Source: the human T2T-CHM13v2.0 reference genome, Homo sapiens. Taken from it: 64,000 nt of DNA. Both the position numbers and the translations under genes were made by a program. This document shows, in pieces, positions 27,555-41,121 of the stretch (positions within the stretch are counted from its first letter, which is position 1; the number at the start of each line of letters is the position of its first letter). The notes beneath the pieces were generated by a model, which saw only the letters and a program-made list of their open reading frames with translations, did no database searches and had not been told where the DNA came from. The stretch lies in assembly GCF_009914755.1 (NCBI RefSeq), contig NC_060932.1. The stretch is one strand, 5' to 3'.

Positions 27555-29240
27555 TGTGCCTGGAATTGGTGGGTTGTTGGTCTCACTGACTTCAAGAACG
27601 AAGCCGCGGACCCGCGCAGTGAGTGTTACAGATCTTAAAGATGGTGTGTCTGGAGTTTGTTCCTTCTGGTGTTCTGACGTGTTCAGGGTTTTTTTCCTTC
27701 TGGTGGGTTCGTGGTCTCGCAGGCTTCTGGAGTGAAGCTGCTGATCTTCGCTGTGAGTGTTACAGCCCTTAAGGTGGCGCGTCTGGAGTTGTTCTCTCCT
27801 CCCGGCCAGAGCTCTCCATTCCTCTCCGTGAGTTTGCGATCTCACTGGCCTCAGGAGTGAAGCTGCAAACCTTCACAGTGACTGTTACAGCTCATAAACG
27901 CAGTGTGGACCCAAAGAGCGAGCAGCAGCAAGATTTAATGCAGAAACTTAAAAACACCAAAGCTTCCACAGTGTGGAAAACGACCCAAACAGGTCGCCAC
28001 TGCTGGCTCCAGCAGCCTGCTCTTATTCCCTTATGTGGTCCCACCCACATCCTGCTGATTGGTCCATTTTACAGAGAGCTGATTGGTTTGTTTTGACAGG
28101 GTGCTGATTGGTGCGTTTACAATCCCTGAGCTAGACACAGAGTGCTGATTGGTGCATTTACCATCCTTTAGCTAGAGGTAAAAGTTCTCCAAGTCCCCAC
28201 TAGATTAGCTAGACACAAGGCACTGATTGGTGTGTTTACAAACCTAGAGGTAGACACAGAATGCCGATCGGTGCGTTTACAATCCCTGAGCTACACAGAG
28301 TGCTGATTGGTGTGTTTACAAACCTTGAGCTAGACACAGAGTGCTGATTGGTGTATTTACAGTCCTTTAGCTAGACATAAAGGTTCTCCAAGTCCCCACT
28401 AGATTAGCTAGACAAGAGCACTGATTGGTGTGTTTACAAACCTTGAGCTAGACACAGGGTGGTGATTGGTGTGTTTATAATCCTTTAGCTAGACACAAAG
28501 GTTCTCCAAGTCCCCACCAGATTAGCTAGATACAGAGTGCTGATTGGTGCATTTACAAACCCTGAGCTAGACTCAGGGTGGTGATTGGTGTGTTTACAAT
28601 CCTTTAGCTAGACATAAAGGTTCTCCAAGTCCCCAGCAGACCCAGAAGCCCAGCTGGCTTCCCCTAGTGGATCCCGTGCCAGGGCCGCACCAGGTGCTTG
28701 CGCTCCTCAGCCCTCGGGTGGTCACCATGGAGCAGCGGGAGGCACCCATCAGGGAGACTCGGGCCTGCGGGAGCCCGCTGCGGTGGGGGCTCAGGAATGG
28801 CCGGCTGCAGGTTGGGAGCCCTGCCCTGCTGGGAGGTGGCTGAGGCCCAGTGAGAATTGGAGCATGGCGCCTGCGGGCCAGCAGTGCTGGGGGACCCGGC
28901 GCCCCCTCCGCAGCTGCTGGCCTGCGTGCTAAGCCCCTTACTGCCCAGGGCCGGCGGTGCCGGCCAGCTGCTCCGAGTGCGGGGCCTGCCGAGCCCGAGC
29001 CCATCCGGAACTCGTGCTGGCCCACGAGTGCCAGTGCGCAGCCCCGGTTCCTGCTGGCGCCTCTCCCTCCACACCTCCCGGCAAGCAGAGGGAGCTGGCT
29101 CTGGTCTCAGCCAGCCCAGAGAGGGGCTCCCACAGTGCAGCAGCGGGCTGAAGGGCTGGTCAAGCGGGGCCAGAGTGGACGCTGAGGCCTGAGGAGGCGC
29201 CGAGAGCGAGCGAGGGCTGCTAGCATGTTGTCACCTCTCA
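27555..29240 (-). mobile_element. Solo LTR12 (ERV9 LTR; C/D/E-type), ~1.69 kb
   Basis: Minus strand begins TGAGAGGTGACAACATGCTAGCAGCCCTCGCTCGCTCTCGG and ends CCACCAATTCCAGGCACA; ~11 CCAAT-containing repeats at 28050-28600; perfect 4-bp TSD atac at 27551-27554 and 29241-29244. Confidence 0.95.
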
Positions 29241-32200
29241 ATACTTTATTGCACACTCATATTTAATGTAAACAATAGATTATATAGATGATCAAGGAAG
29301 AAAAAATAGAAAAACGACTCAATTTTTCACTTAGAAATAAGCGCTATTAGAACTTTGATAGGTAGATAAGGGAATCCTATTATAGCAATCACTGTTTTTT
29401 ATAAATTTAAAAAACTTATGTTTTTAAAATTCAAATAATATGGAATTGAATAAACTCAAAAGTGAAACTTTCGTATATGAGGTAGTATCATTCAAATCAT
29501 TTTCTATGCAATTACTGTCATATCCTAGGCATTCTCATTCTGTAACGTATATACTTGTATTTAAACACACCCTTTTTCTTCACTAATTTCTATGCAAACT
29601 TTCTACAACTTGCGCTGCTTTTTTTTTTTTTTAAAGCGAATGTCTCCATATCGGTGTATAAATGTACTGAATTTCTTTTAAAGTATGCATAGAATTCTAT
29701 TATATGGCTATATCCTAATTATTTAACTAGTCTTCTGTTGATGGTCATTTATAATGTATCCAGTTTTTTATTGCTTCAGTAAATATCCTGGTGCCTGTAG
29801 GTTTTTTATGGTGAGCACATGACAAAACCACCTCCACCAAAAAGCAAATGAAAAATAAAAGATATGGTTGGACATTAACATTCTTAGTTTTAGAGTCTTA
29901 AGTACTGTAATTATAATAAATGTTCTAGTTTATACATTTTTAGGCTAAAACAATAATTTAAATCTATTTTTTTTAAAAAACATGTTCACCAAAGTAGGTA
30001 TCTTCAGTGCCTCAGGAAGTTAATTAATAAAATATTGAGATACATGCTTTTAGTTAAATAAAACTTAAATATTCTAATATTTGATAAGTTCCCATATATT
30101 TTAAAGTAATATTGTTTGCTATATTAAGTTGCAATTTGAGGGTCTTCATTATGACTCTGATAAAAATTTTGCTAATTTAGAATTACCCCCAAATCTGAGG
30201 TCTCCTGCTAAATATTACTTATTAATGAAAATGCAATAAAGATCACATTTAATAGTTCACATGAGGAATAAAAGAACTCAGAGCTGTAGGTTGGTAGTAA
30301 CTTTAACTGAATATATTCGCTATGAGCCGAAAGCTCATAAAGTGAAATGAGAAACCTTCTAACTAGTTTTTATTTTATAAGAGTGAAATATTTTTAAATA
30401 AATGCACTGGAAACTCATTCTATCTCATTTTTCATTCTGAGTCTTGATTTTTTAGACATTTGAAAAAAATCTGTTCTTTAAATTTATTCTAGATATATCC
30501 CTCATTTGCCAACTTAAAAATTGGAGACAAATGTGACAATTTATTTTCTTGTTGCTTAATCAGCAAGGTACATCAACCCATCAAACCAGCAAAGATGTGG
30601 CGACAGTATTCAAGATTAATAATCTTTAAAATAGATTATTATTCTTTTCTTTTGGGAAGTTAGCTTGCTTAATATATTATTAAGCTTACTGTTAACAACT
30701 GTTTCAACCCTTACTCCAAGCTGAGTCCTATAGCAACTTTCTGCCATGAATATCATGGCCAAAATGTCATCCCGTAGGATCCAAGTTACATTCACATACA
30801 GTATCCTGAGTACATAGTTTTGTTTTGTTCTGAATTTCTTCCTGCTGTGCTAAATAATTACAAGGTTACAAGGTGAGAGTGCGCTGGGTGTACCAGATGC
30901 TTTTTATATATTAGCTCTCACTATGCTTTACATTGTTCTGTTGTGTGAGTTGCCCTGATGAAAACTCTTCTTTTCCTTCCCACCAAAGCCTGGCAAAACC
31001 TATCAAATATTTTCTCTCGGAAATTCTGACTCTTGAGTCATTGGCGGGCTGCGCATGCACACACTTCCCATCCCTTCCTTCCAGGGCGTAATCATACTGG
31101 TTAGGGGGAGGAAAGGGTGGGTGTCCACATTTATAAACTCTAGAATGAAAGGTTATGAAAATTCCAAGTGTCCCTGTATCTGATGTGGCTAAAGAGAATG
31201 TTCGCAACTCAAAAAGTCAGGGATTTTAGGTGGAAGGCTAGCTCAGAGCATCCCTCAGTAGGATCCAGCCAGCGCCTAATAACTACTAGATTTATCCAGG
31301 GGCAACCCTATGCTTTGCCCCTTTGAAAATGGAAACCTTGTTAAAGTCAATGTATATTTTCCGAGAATACATTCGGGATAGGCAGAATAGCCACTGTCTA
31401 TTGCCTTTGTGATTTTTTTTTCCGAGTATGAAGGTTAGAGTAAAATTCCAGGATTAACTGCAACGTCTGAAATCTGATTCTCAGACAGGAAGTGTAAACA
31501 ATTGTGCTGATGGTGTTCACGCAGAACCTTGAGACTGATTTACCGGGGACTTTTTGGAACTTTGTCATGCGTGTCACGCTGACCCTGCAAACTTAATTAC
31601 CTAAGCCATAAGAGGCAGGATACCTACTTCTCTGCACCATAACTTACAAATGAAAACCGGTTACCCAGTGAAACTATCTTTTTCCCTTTTTTGGTATAAG
31701 CAAACAAGTCTGAAATACTCTATGACATTAAGGACTCAAATAATCTTTGACAGTAAAAAGAAAAAAAAGAATACGTGCAATTTGAGTAGGCGGGGTTAGA
31801 GAAAGTACAGGAGCAAAAAGTGAAATTGAGCCTTGAAGGAGTTTGGGAACAGACGAAAATTTACCACAGGGAAGAACATGTGTTTTTGTAAGAGAGAGCC
31901 TGCTAATGCATAGCTTCAGAGGGGACAATTGGAATAAGCAGGTGAGGAACAAAAAAAGGCAGTGATTAAGGGTAATTTAGCATTTGAAAAATAAGAAATC
32001 TTTGGTAATCACCACACACCTACTTTTTATTGGCTCCCAAATCATAGGCTAACTGAACTAATCTAAGCTGACTGAAGAAGGGTCAAGCAGCCTGTTGCCT
32101 CACAAAAATAACTATATTGTCGGGGCAGAGGTCTAAAAAGGGATGTCTTCAAAAATGCTATCCTGAGCTCTAGAATTTAAATGCTAACAGGGTGGCTATA

Positions 32201-33219
32201 ATTAAATTCTATCTGAATGTAAATCCTTGGAGATTCTTTCACACTCTGCATGGAAACTTAGCTTTTATAATTTTTATTACACTTGGAATCATAATATTTC
32301 TTTTCCTCTTCCACTAGGGCAATTGACGTTTTTTCCTCTCAATTTCTATTTACCACACAACATGCTTTACAACAAAAATAAAGCACATTTTAAAAGGGAA
32401 AACTTACTCATTTAGTTTACTCACTAGTTTACAGTAGTAGAATTCTTTGAAGTAGAATTGTTTGAAACGAGATATCATGGGAATATTTCAGGGTTTGGAA
32501 CTTGTGCATACAAACCAGCTGGGCTTTGTTTAAAGTTTTAAAGCCTTCAGATATTTCAATGAGAGAAACTCAAGACAGCTTTTTTTATATATGTCAAGAG
32601 GTCACATTTTTATTGGTTCATCTGTGTGTCATATAAAAGCCCATGTTTTTAACCATAGTGTATCTCTGGGGTCCCCGCCCAATCACCCCATATCATCAAG
32701 AGGGGTTAATTGTGTGTCTGACTTTTGTTAAGTGTACACTTATTTATGGGAGCCATATTCAGTGAAACTTGTTCATCTTTCTACATAATAAACAAAAGAA
32801 ACAGTATTTTACAATGCATTTGCTCTACTTGGAGTAACTACAGTTGATTTTAATTTAGAAACGGTTGTGTTGAAATCATTTGTGTATTTGGGGAAAATTC
32901 ATGATTATTCAATTGTACCTTGACCCTAACTTTGTGACGCCTATGAAAACAAAGGTGAATCTTGTTAGACAAGGCTGGCGAGAGGTTCTGAGACAGGTAA
33001 GAGAAGAGGAAATGCATCCAGTAATATGTGCTTGTTCTTCCTCGGGTCAAACAGTATCTTGTGATATCTGTGAAGCTTTCCCATAGTGAAATCTGGAACA
33101 TTTTAAAGGGAGGGACAGATACTTCCCTCCAGATCTAGCCCTGCTTTTCTTCCAGTGCTTTTCATTAAGGTTCCTCAGTAATCTTTATTGCTAGAGTTAA
33201 TGTTCACAACCACCACCCT

Positions 33220-33239
33220 CCCCCCCCCCCCCCCCCCCC
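33220..33239. repeat. Poly-C20 tract
   Basis: 20 consecutive C. Confidence 0.95.
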
Positions 33240-34365
33240 GCCACACATCTCTCCTCTTTTTTTCCTCTGTCTTATTTTTCTTTGACACCTCTGCATCATA
33301 AGACAGGTTAGGTAGTTTGTTTAGCTTCATTTTATGAAAGAGAGAAACAAATCCAGGATCCCCTGGTACACCCAACAGACATACAACTAACACTGGAGTC
33401 TGGGTTGCAGCCCAGGGATGAGTGCCCTGAGCCCCTGAACCTTTGTGTTGAGATGGACCACTCTGGGAACCAGCACTGTATTCATACAAACAGCTGCAGA
33501 ATGTAGCAAGGAAATTTATGTAATTAGTGAAGCAGGCAGAGATAGGAGTTTTGGCTTCATATTCAAATTCCACTCCATGAGCCCAAGGTGGAGAGTGTTT
33601 TGTTATCTACCCACGTGGGACTGATTTCCCTTTTAGGCCTCTAAATCAAATACCAGTACGGTGGCAGGAGCCCAAGAAACTGTAAGAGATTGAGGCCAGA
33701 AAATTCTCATGCGTCCACTCCCTAAAGCTTTGGGTTCCCAGTTTCTGCCAAGCTACAGAAGCTCCTAAGTGAGAGTATCACACGGGATGCCAAGCGGGCA
33801 TTTCGTAAAATTGCCCTTGTTAGGCAGTGGTGCCAGCCACCCCAGAGGCTCAGTACTGGGTCACTCTGAAGGACTCCAGGGCGCTGCACTTTATCAAAGG
33901 ATCGGGAGACAGCTGCGCATTCTCACGTTCAGGTTTTTCCAAGGGTGGAGAGAGGACTTAGTTGGCTCTCCGGGCTCTGTGCCCTCTCCCTTGCTGAAGG
34001 CACCATCTCATTCAACACCTCCTCTTTTGTTTACTATTGTGAAACCTCTAGGTGTATCACCTCAATTATAAACCCAGACTGGGGCTTTCCTCTCCCCATA
34101 CCCCATCATCTCATAACTTTCCTGGGTGAGCTGGCACAGGTACTACAGAACAGAGCCCACACATGTCCACCGTCTCTCCAGACGGCATCCAGGGCAAAGT
34201 CTGTCTCCACCCAGTAGGCCTTGATGGCTTAGTTGGTGCTTGTTCCTGGGGATGTTCTTCCAGGGAGTGTGTGAATCTGAAGGGCAAGTGGCAAGAAGCA
34301 AGAAGGTAAGGGATGGATGGAGGCATGGAGTGGAAACCTGGTTTGAAAAAAAAAAAAAAAGGCGA

Positions 34366-34764
<399 letters not shown>

Positions 34765-35290
34765 AAAAAAATAAAAAAATTAAAAGGCGGTGGGGAGACA
34801 CTAACTTTGTGTTGCTAACTTGAAGCCATAAACATTTGAGTCATAAAGAATGACTCTGATGAGTGGACTGAATGCTGTTTGACTCAGAAAATATTCCAGT
34901 ACCTGTTCCAGCTTGATTTAAAGACTTGTAATGTTTCTCATCATCCCCACTGGGCTTTCACAGGCTCTGTCCTCTTGGATGTGGTGGCTAGAAGGCTGGG
35001 CATTCCCATCTCTGCTTTACTTCACTCCATAAGGCGAGCAAGGGCCTTAGGAATCTCTCCTTACTTTCTTCCTCTTTTCCTCTCTCTCTCTTACCTGGCA
35101 TAGGTTAAACCACCAGAATGATTTGGCTTCTAAACCGCAGAAAGCTTCATGCATCCTAGCTCTATGTTAAAAGAGAGGGCTTTGATTAGGGACGGCAGGG
35201 AGCAGGTAATGATTGATAATATCCTTCAATGTTTTTGTGAAACTACCATATGAAAGAGGGGGTGGGGATCAGGATAGATTTAGGAAGGTG

Positions 35291-35576
<286 letters not shown>

Positions 35577-35816
35577 TTAGGGAGGTGGGAGTGGGAGAGG
35601 TAGGCCTACAAAAGATTATCCCATAGGTAACCTAATCTAATTAATCTCTTTCCTCACCCAAAATATACCACCTATGTCTACGTGAAGCAGAAATGAAACC
35701 TAGATGAAGGCGTGCAGGAACAACAGGAGCATAGTAACTGCGACCACAGTAAACCTGACGATTCTAAGAGCAGCACTGAATGCAGTGAAAGGGAGGTGAT
35801 CAGCGTCATTTGTGGG

Positions 35817-36105
35817 TTTTTTTTGTTTTGTTTTGTTTTGTTTGAGACAGAATTTCACTCTGTTGCTCAGGCTGAGTGTAGTGGCATGATCATAGCTCAT
35901 TGCAGCCTCTATCAAGAGGATGGCTTGAGCCATCCTCCCACCTCAGCCTCCCGGAGTAGCTGGGACTACAGGCACGCACCACCACACCTGGCTAATTTTT
36001 TACTTTTTGGTTGAGACAGGTCTTGCTTTGTTGCCGCTGGTCTTGAATTCTTGGCCTCAAACAACCCTCCTGCTTTAGCCTCCCAAAGTCTTGGGATTAC
36101 AAGCC
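35817..36105 (-). mobile_element. AluJ
   Basis: Reverse Alu with (TTTTG)n tail. Confidence 0.85.
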
Positions 36106-36797
36106 CTTGATTCTGATCCTAACTTAAACTACTTTCCCTGTCCCTGCCCCTTCTGGTTTGAGGGTGACTGGTTTATATGTACCTCTGTTCCTTATGGAAA
36201 TGTCTCACATCCCTTGGAGAGAACGCTTCCTTGTGGATGTCTTTTCTGAGATGCTACAGAACATAGAGAACAATACACTGATTCTTAACCTGTGCAATGC
36301 GAACTCATGTTCAGAGCCCTGTGCTTCTTGTTAAAAGGGCCATAAATCAATATTCGTAGTATTTTTAGACATAAGGGACAAAATATCTTACTCAGATATG
36401 TACACATTTTATGTTATTAAAATATAGGTAGAGGCTTTTGTGATAAATAAAACACAAAGTAATTTCAAAATGTACCAAATTCATAGCAGCCGTTTGGTAT
36501 ATTTCAATCAACAGAATAAAAGTACAGCTGCACTTCTGTAGGGGTTTATGAAAGTTTTTGACTTTCATAAGAATTTATAGCAGAAAGGTTGGAAACCACT
36601 GCTATATAGAGTGGCTGCCTCAATGTATAGCCACTGCTCTTGGAACAGCTTGACTACTTAAGAGAAACATAAGAGGAGATCAGGAAAAGGCAAACAATTC
36701 TATGGTCTTGGCAGATGAGCTAAACCATTTTGGAACTTGAAGAATATCGAAATGAAAGCAGTTGTTGTCTTGGCAACTCAATGATGGTAGTCTACAG

Positions 36798-37110
36798 TTT
36801 GTTGTTGTTGTTGTTGTTGTTGTTTTTGAGATGAAGTGTTGCTCTTGGAGCCCAGGCTGGAGAATAATGGCACAATCTCAACTCACTGCGTCCTCCGCCT
36901 CCCAGGTTCAAGAGATTTTCCTGCCTCAGCCTTCTGAGTAGCTGGGATTACAGGTGCCTGCCACCAAACCCGGCTAATTTTTATATTTTTAGTAGAGACG
37001 GGGTTTCACCATGTTGGCCAGGCTGGTCTTGAGCTCCTGACCTCAGGCGATCTCCCCGCCTCAGCCTCCCAAAGTGCTAGGATTACAGGCGTGAGCCACG
37101 GCTCCCAGCC
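36798..37110 (-). mobile_element. AluSx-like
   Basis: (TTG)n tail; TSD gtagtctacagttt / gtaggctacagttt. Confidence 0.9.
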
Positions 37111-37139
37111 AGTAGGCTACAGTTTTAAACAACTGGGTT

Positions 37140-37406
37140 TGGCTGGTACAGTGGGTACAGCTCACGAATGTAATCCCAGCACTTTGGGAGGCCAAGGCAG
37201 GAGGATCACTTGAGGCCGGGAGTTGGAAACCAGCCTGGGCAGCACAGTGAGACCCCGTCTTTACGCCTCCCCAGCCCCCTCAAAAAAGCCCGGTGTGGTG
37301 TCATGCTCCTGTATTCCTAGCAGAGGCAGAAGGATCTCTTGAGCCCAGGAGTATGAGGCTGCAGGATCACACCACTACATTCCAGTCTGAAGACCCTGTT
37401 TCTAAA
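37140..37406 (+). mobile_element. AluJ (degenerate)
   Basis: Diverged dimer. Confidence 0.8.
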
Positions 37407-38185
37407 ACTAAGAATAAAGTAAACAATGGGGCTTGAGGATTCTTACATACTTATCAAATTGACTGAGGATCTTTCCTAAAGTCATTGCCATTGTCTGTAC
37501 TTGTTGACACCATGTAGCCTCTCTAAGTAGGGCTTTGAGACACCTGTACAGGCAGGCATACAACCAGCACACATACATGAAGAGGCTGAAAGACAGCTTG
37601 GTGGCCCACGATTTTAGCCTCAATGTTAAATATATGTTACTTGGCTCATAGTCAGCAAGAGTCCATTGTGTTATAATATTACCACACTTCTTTAATAAGT
37701 TAAAATTGCAATATCATAAAAATATTAATCCACACCTTTAAGACACATTTTTACCTGCACTCAGTACTGGATTGTTTGATTGGTAAATTGCATGCTCAGC
37801 TGATCAAAGTTGGGAGAAAGGAACATAATTCATCTAGTGTTCAGTGCAAGACCTTCTGGAAAGCACCTAGGATCATGAAATAATTTTGAAAATGGTTGGG
37901 AGGCTCCTGTTCTAGGGTTCCCAGGCATTAAGGTGGAGAATAAGTGGTTCCTCCAAATTTCAATGAAAGGATGAATTTAGGCAGCTCAACGAAGTGCCTG
38001 TGACAACACCAGTCACAGGCACTTTTGTGTGTGGGGTGGGATGGGAAGAGAACGAGTAGTGATACATTGTGGTGGCTAAAACAGCAGGAATCAGACTGGG
38101 GAAAGGTTCCTACTACTTCCAGAACAAGGTGGCTTAAAATACTCAGGAGGCAGCCTAGGGAGAAGGAGCTAGCTAGATCAAGATC

Positions 38186-38813
<628 letters not shown>

Positions 38814-38816
38814 CTA

Positions 38817-38847
<31 letters not shown>

Positions 38848-39560
38848 GTCTGTCTATTTGTGTTTCTGTCTATCTGTGTGTCAAACAAAAAAACCCAAGG
38901 TAGTGTTCATGGTCCAATGTAGAATGATCATATTCATCCAGTCAAGGCAGTAGGGCTGGTAGTTGGGTCATATGCCTGATATCTTCCCCTTGTTTTCTCT
39001 CATCTTCCTGATGTTCCCTTTGAAGGTCCTCTTGGCATTAATTTTAACGGGATCTTATCTATATGAGCATATCAACATGGAACCATGTTGGCATGGGATG
39101 TGGTGTGTGAATTGGTACAAAAACTTCACCCCTCTGGAGGTAGCAAGGCATAGCCAGTGCAGACATTGATACTTTTACATCAGGAGAAAGCTCTTTCCTC
39201 TGTCATAATTATATTTTACTTCTGAGACTTCTCCTTCAGAGCTTTCACAAATGCTCTACCCAGACACTGTCAATGGCATTGTACTAAAATTGTTTGTCAG
39301 CTCTGGCAATTCAGTGGAATTGCCTTAAACTATATTAGTGAAAATGGAGTTGTGATGGTTATGAAATGGAATCTGAATTAGCAGAGATTGTGAATCTCCA
39401 TTTTCCATTTTCTGGAGGCTTTTGCTGCATTTTGTGTGTGGGAGTTGAAGTACCTTTGTAGCCCCGGATATCAGTGAAGAAATTGTCATCTGAATATGGT
39501 AAGTTGCAGAATGGATATGGATGGCTTTATGACTGGTTTCTGATTGGTTTCTCTTTCTAC

Positions 39561-39738
39561 TAGGGTTGTCAGATAAAATGCATGCTACCTAGTGACATTT
39601 TAATTTCAGATAAATAGCAAGTATACCTTTTAGTATAACTGTGTCCTATGCAATATTTGATATATAATGAAAGAATTATCTGAAATTCAAATTTCACTGG
39701 GTGTTTTGTGTATTTGTTTGCTAGATCTAGCAATCCCA
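39561..39738. mobile_element. MER53 palindromic hAT MITE
   Basis: tagggttgtcagataaaa ... tttcagataaa ... ttatctgaaattcaaattt ... tctagcaatccc internal inverted symmetry. Confidence 0.8.
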
Positions 39739-40810
39739 CTTTATACAGTAGTCTTAATGAGATTCTAAGTGTTCAGTTAAAAGAAAGAAGGAGATGAAAG
39801 AAAGGTAAGTGGCCTACTTCAGAAAGGGAATAAGTAGGCAAGGAATTTGAAGAGGTTTTCGCGTGACACACGGAAAGGGTAGCTGGTAGGTAAATGACAC
39901 GTGGACTGAGCAGCAATATTGTTGCATTGCTGGAGACATTCTGAGCTTCACATAAAGTGCTCCAGACCCAAAGTTGCAACAGTCACCTCATGGTCCGTAC
40001 TTTCACGCTCTGTTCCATCTCTAACACAATGCTGTTAGTGCTGAAGGCAGACACTTGGCCAGGATTTCTGTTTGCTATAGCTCTTTTGGAAAGATTTGGC
40101 CAGGATCCCTGAAATCTTAAACAGCTGCTCCTTCAACTACGTTTTCCTGAAGAGTATAGCCAGAGCAGTGGACGCTCCAATCAAAACATCGGCCTCTACA
40201 CCTTCCTGTATTCCCCTACTCTGGTGAAAAGGGCCGACCACACATGAGTGGCAATGATTCTCTTTCCACTCAGTCTTGTGGCCTTGACTAGCAGTAGGGT
40301 GAATGGCTTCCTTGGGTCAGTTTCCTCAAGCACAGACCCATATATTGGCTCTCTGGATCGTGTCACTCAGATGGCTAGATGAGTCTAGAAGGGCAGATCT
40401 GGGAAAGTGTTTAATCCAGGGTCACTGATATGATTCCTCCTAGGGGTACAGTAGTCGATACTATGTCACTATTTCCACCACTGGGAGCCAGAGGGACTGG
40501 AAAGAGGTTGTATTTCCACATCTTAAAGTATATGGCCACAAAACCTATTCCCAATGAAGCTCACCATCTTTCCTCCTGGTGTTTCCCTAATGACAGGATG
40601 CCATCCCCGTTCACAGGCTCAGAACCCTGGCATCTTTTTTGACCACATACTCCTCTGCATGATTCTCTTCCCCTAATGCTGATGATTTCCAAAGCCCAGC
40701 ACATTTTCTCTCTGCAGTGTGTCTGCCGTTGCTCCTGCCATTACCCTAATTCAGGCCATCATTCCTTTTGATCAGGGCTATGGACCATTAACTAATCACT
40801 TCGTGTTTGA

Positions 40811-41121
<311 letters not shown>

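Noticed and set aside
28050-28640. Regularly spaced repeats resembling a CRISPR array
   Set aside because: These are the CCAAT-containing U3 repeats of LTR12; no unique spacers, and the DNA is eukaryotic.
28594-29192. 110-143 aa ORFs and a second apparent CpG island
   Set aside because: All lie inside the GC-rich U3 of the LTR12.
38900-40660. Possible processed pseudogene or ancient LINE remnant
   Set aside because: No protein similarity, poly(A) tail or TSD that I could support by eye; needs Dfam/tBLASTx.
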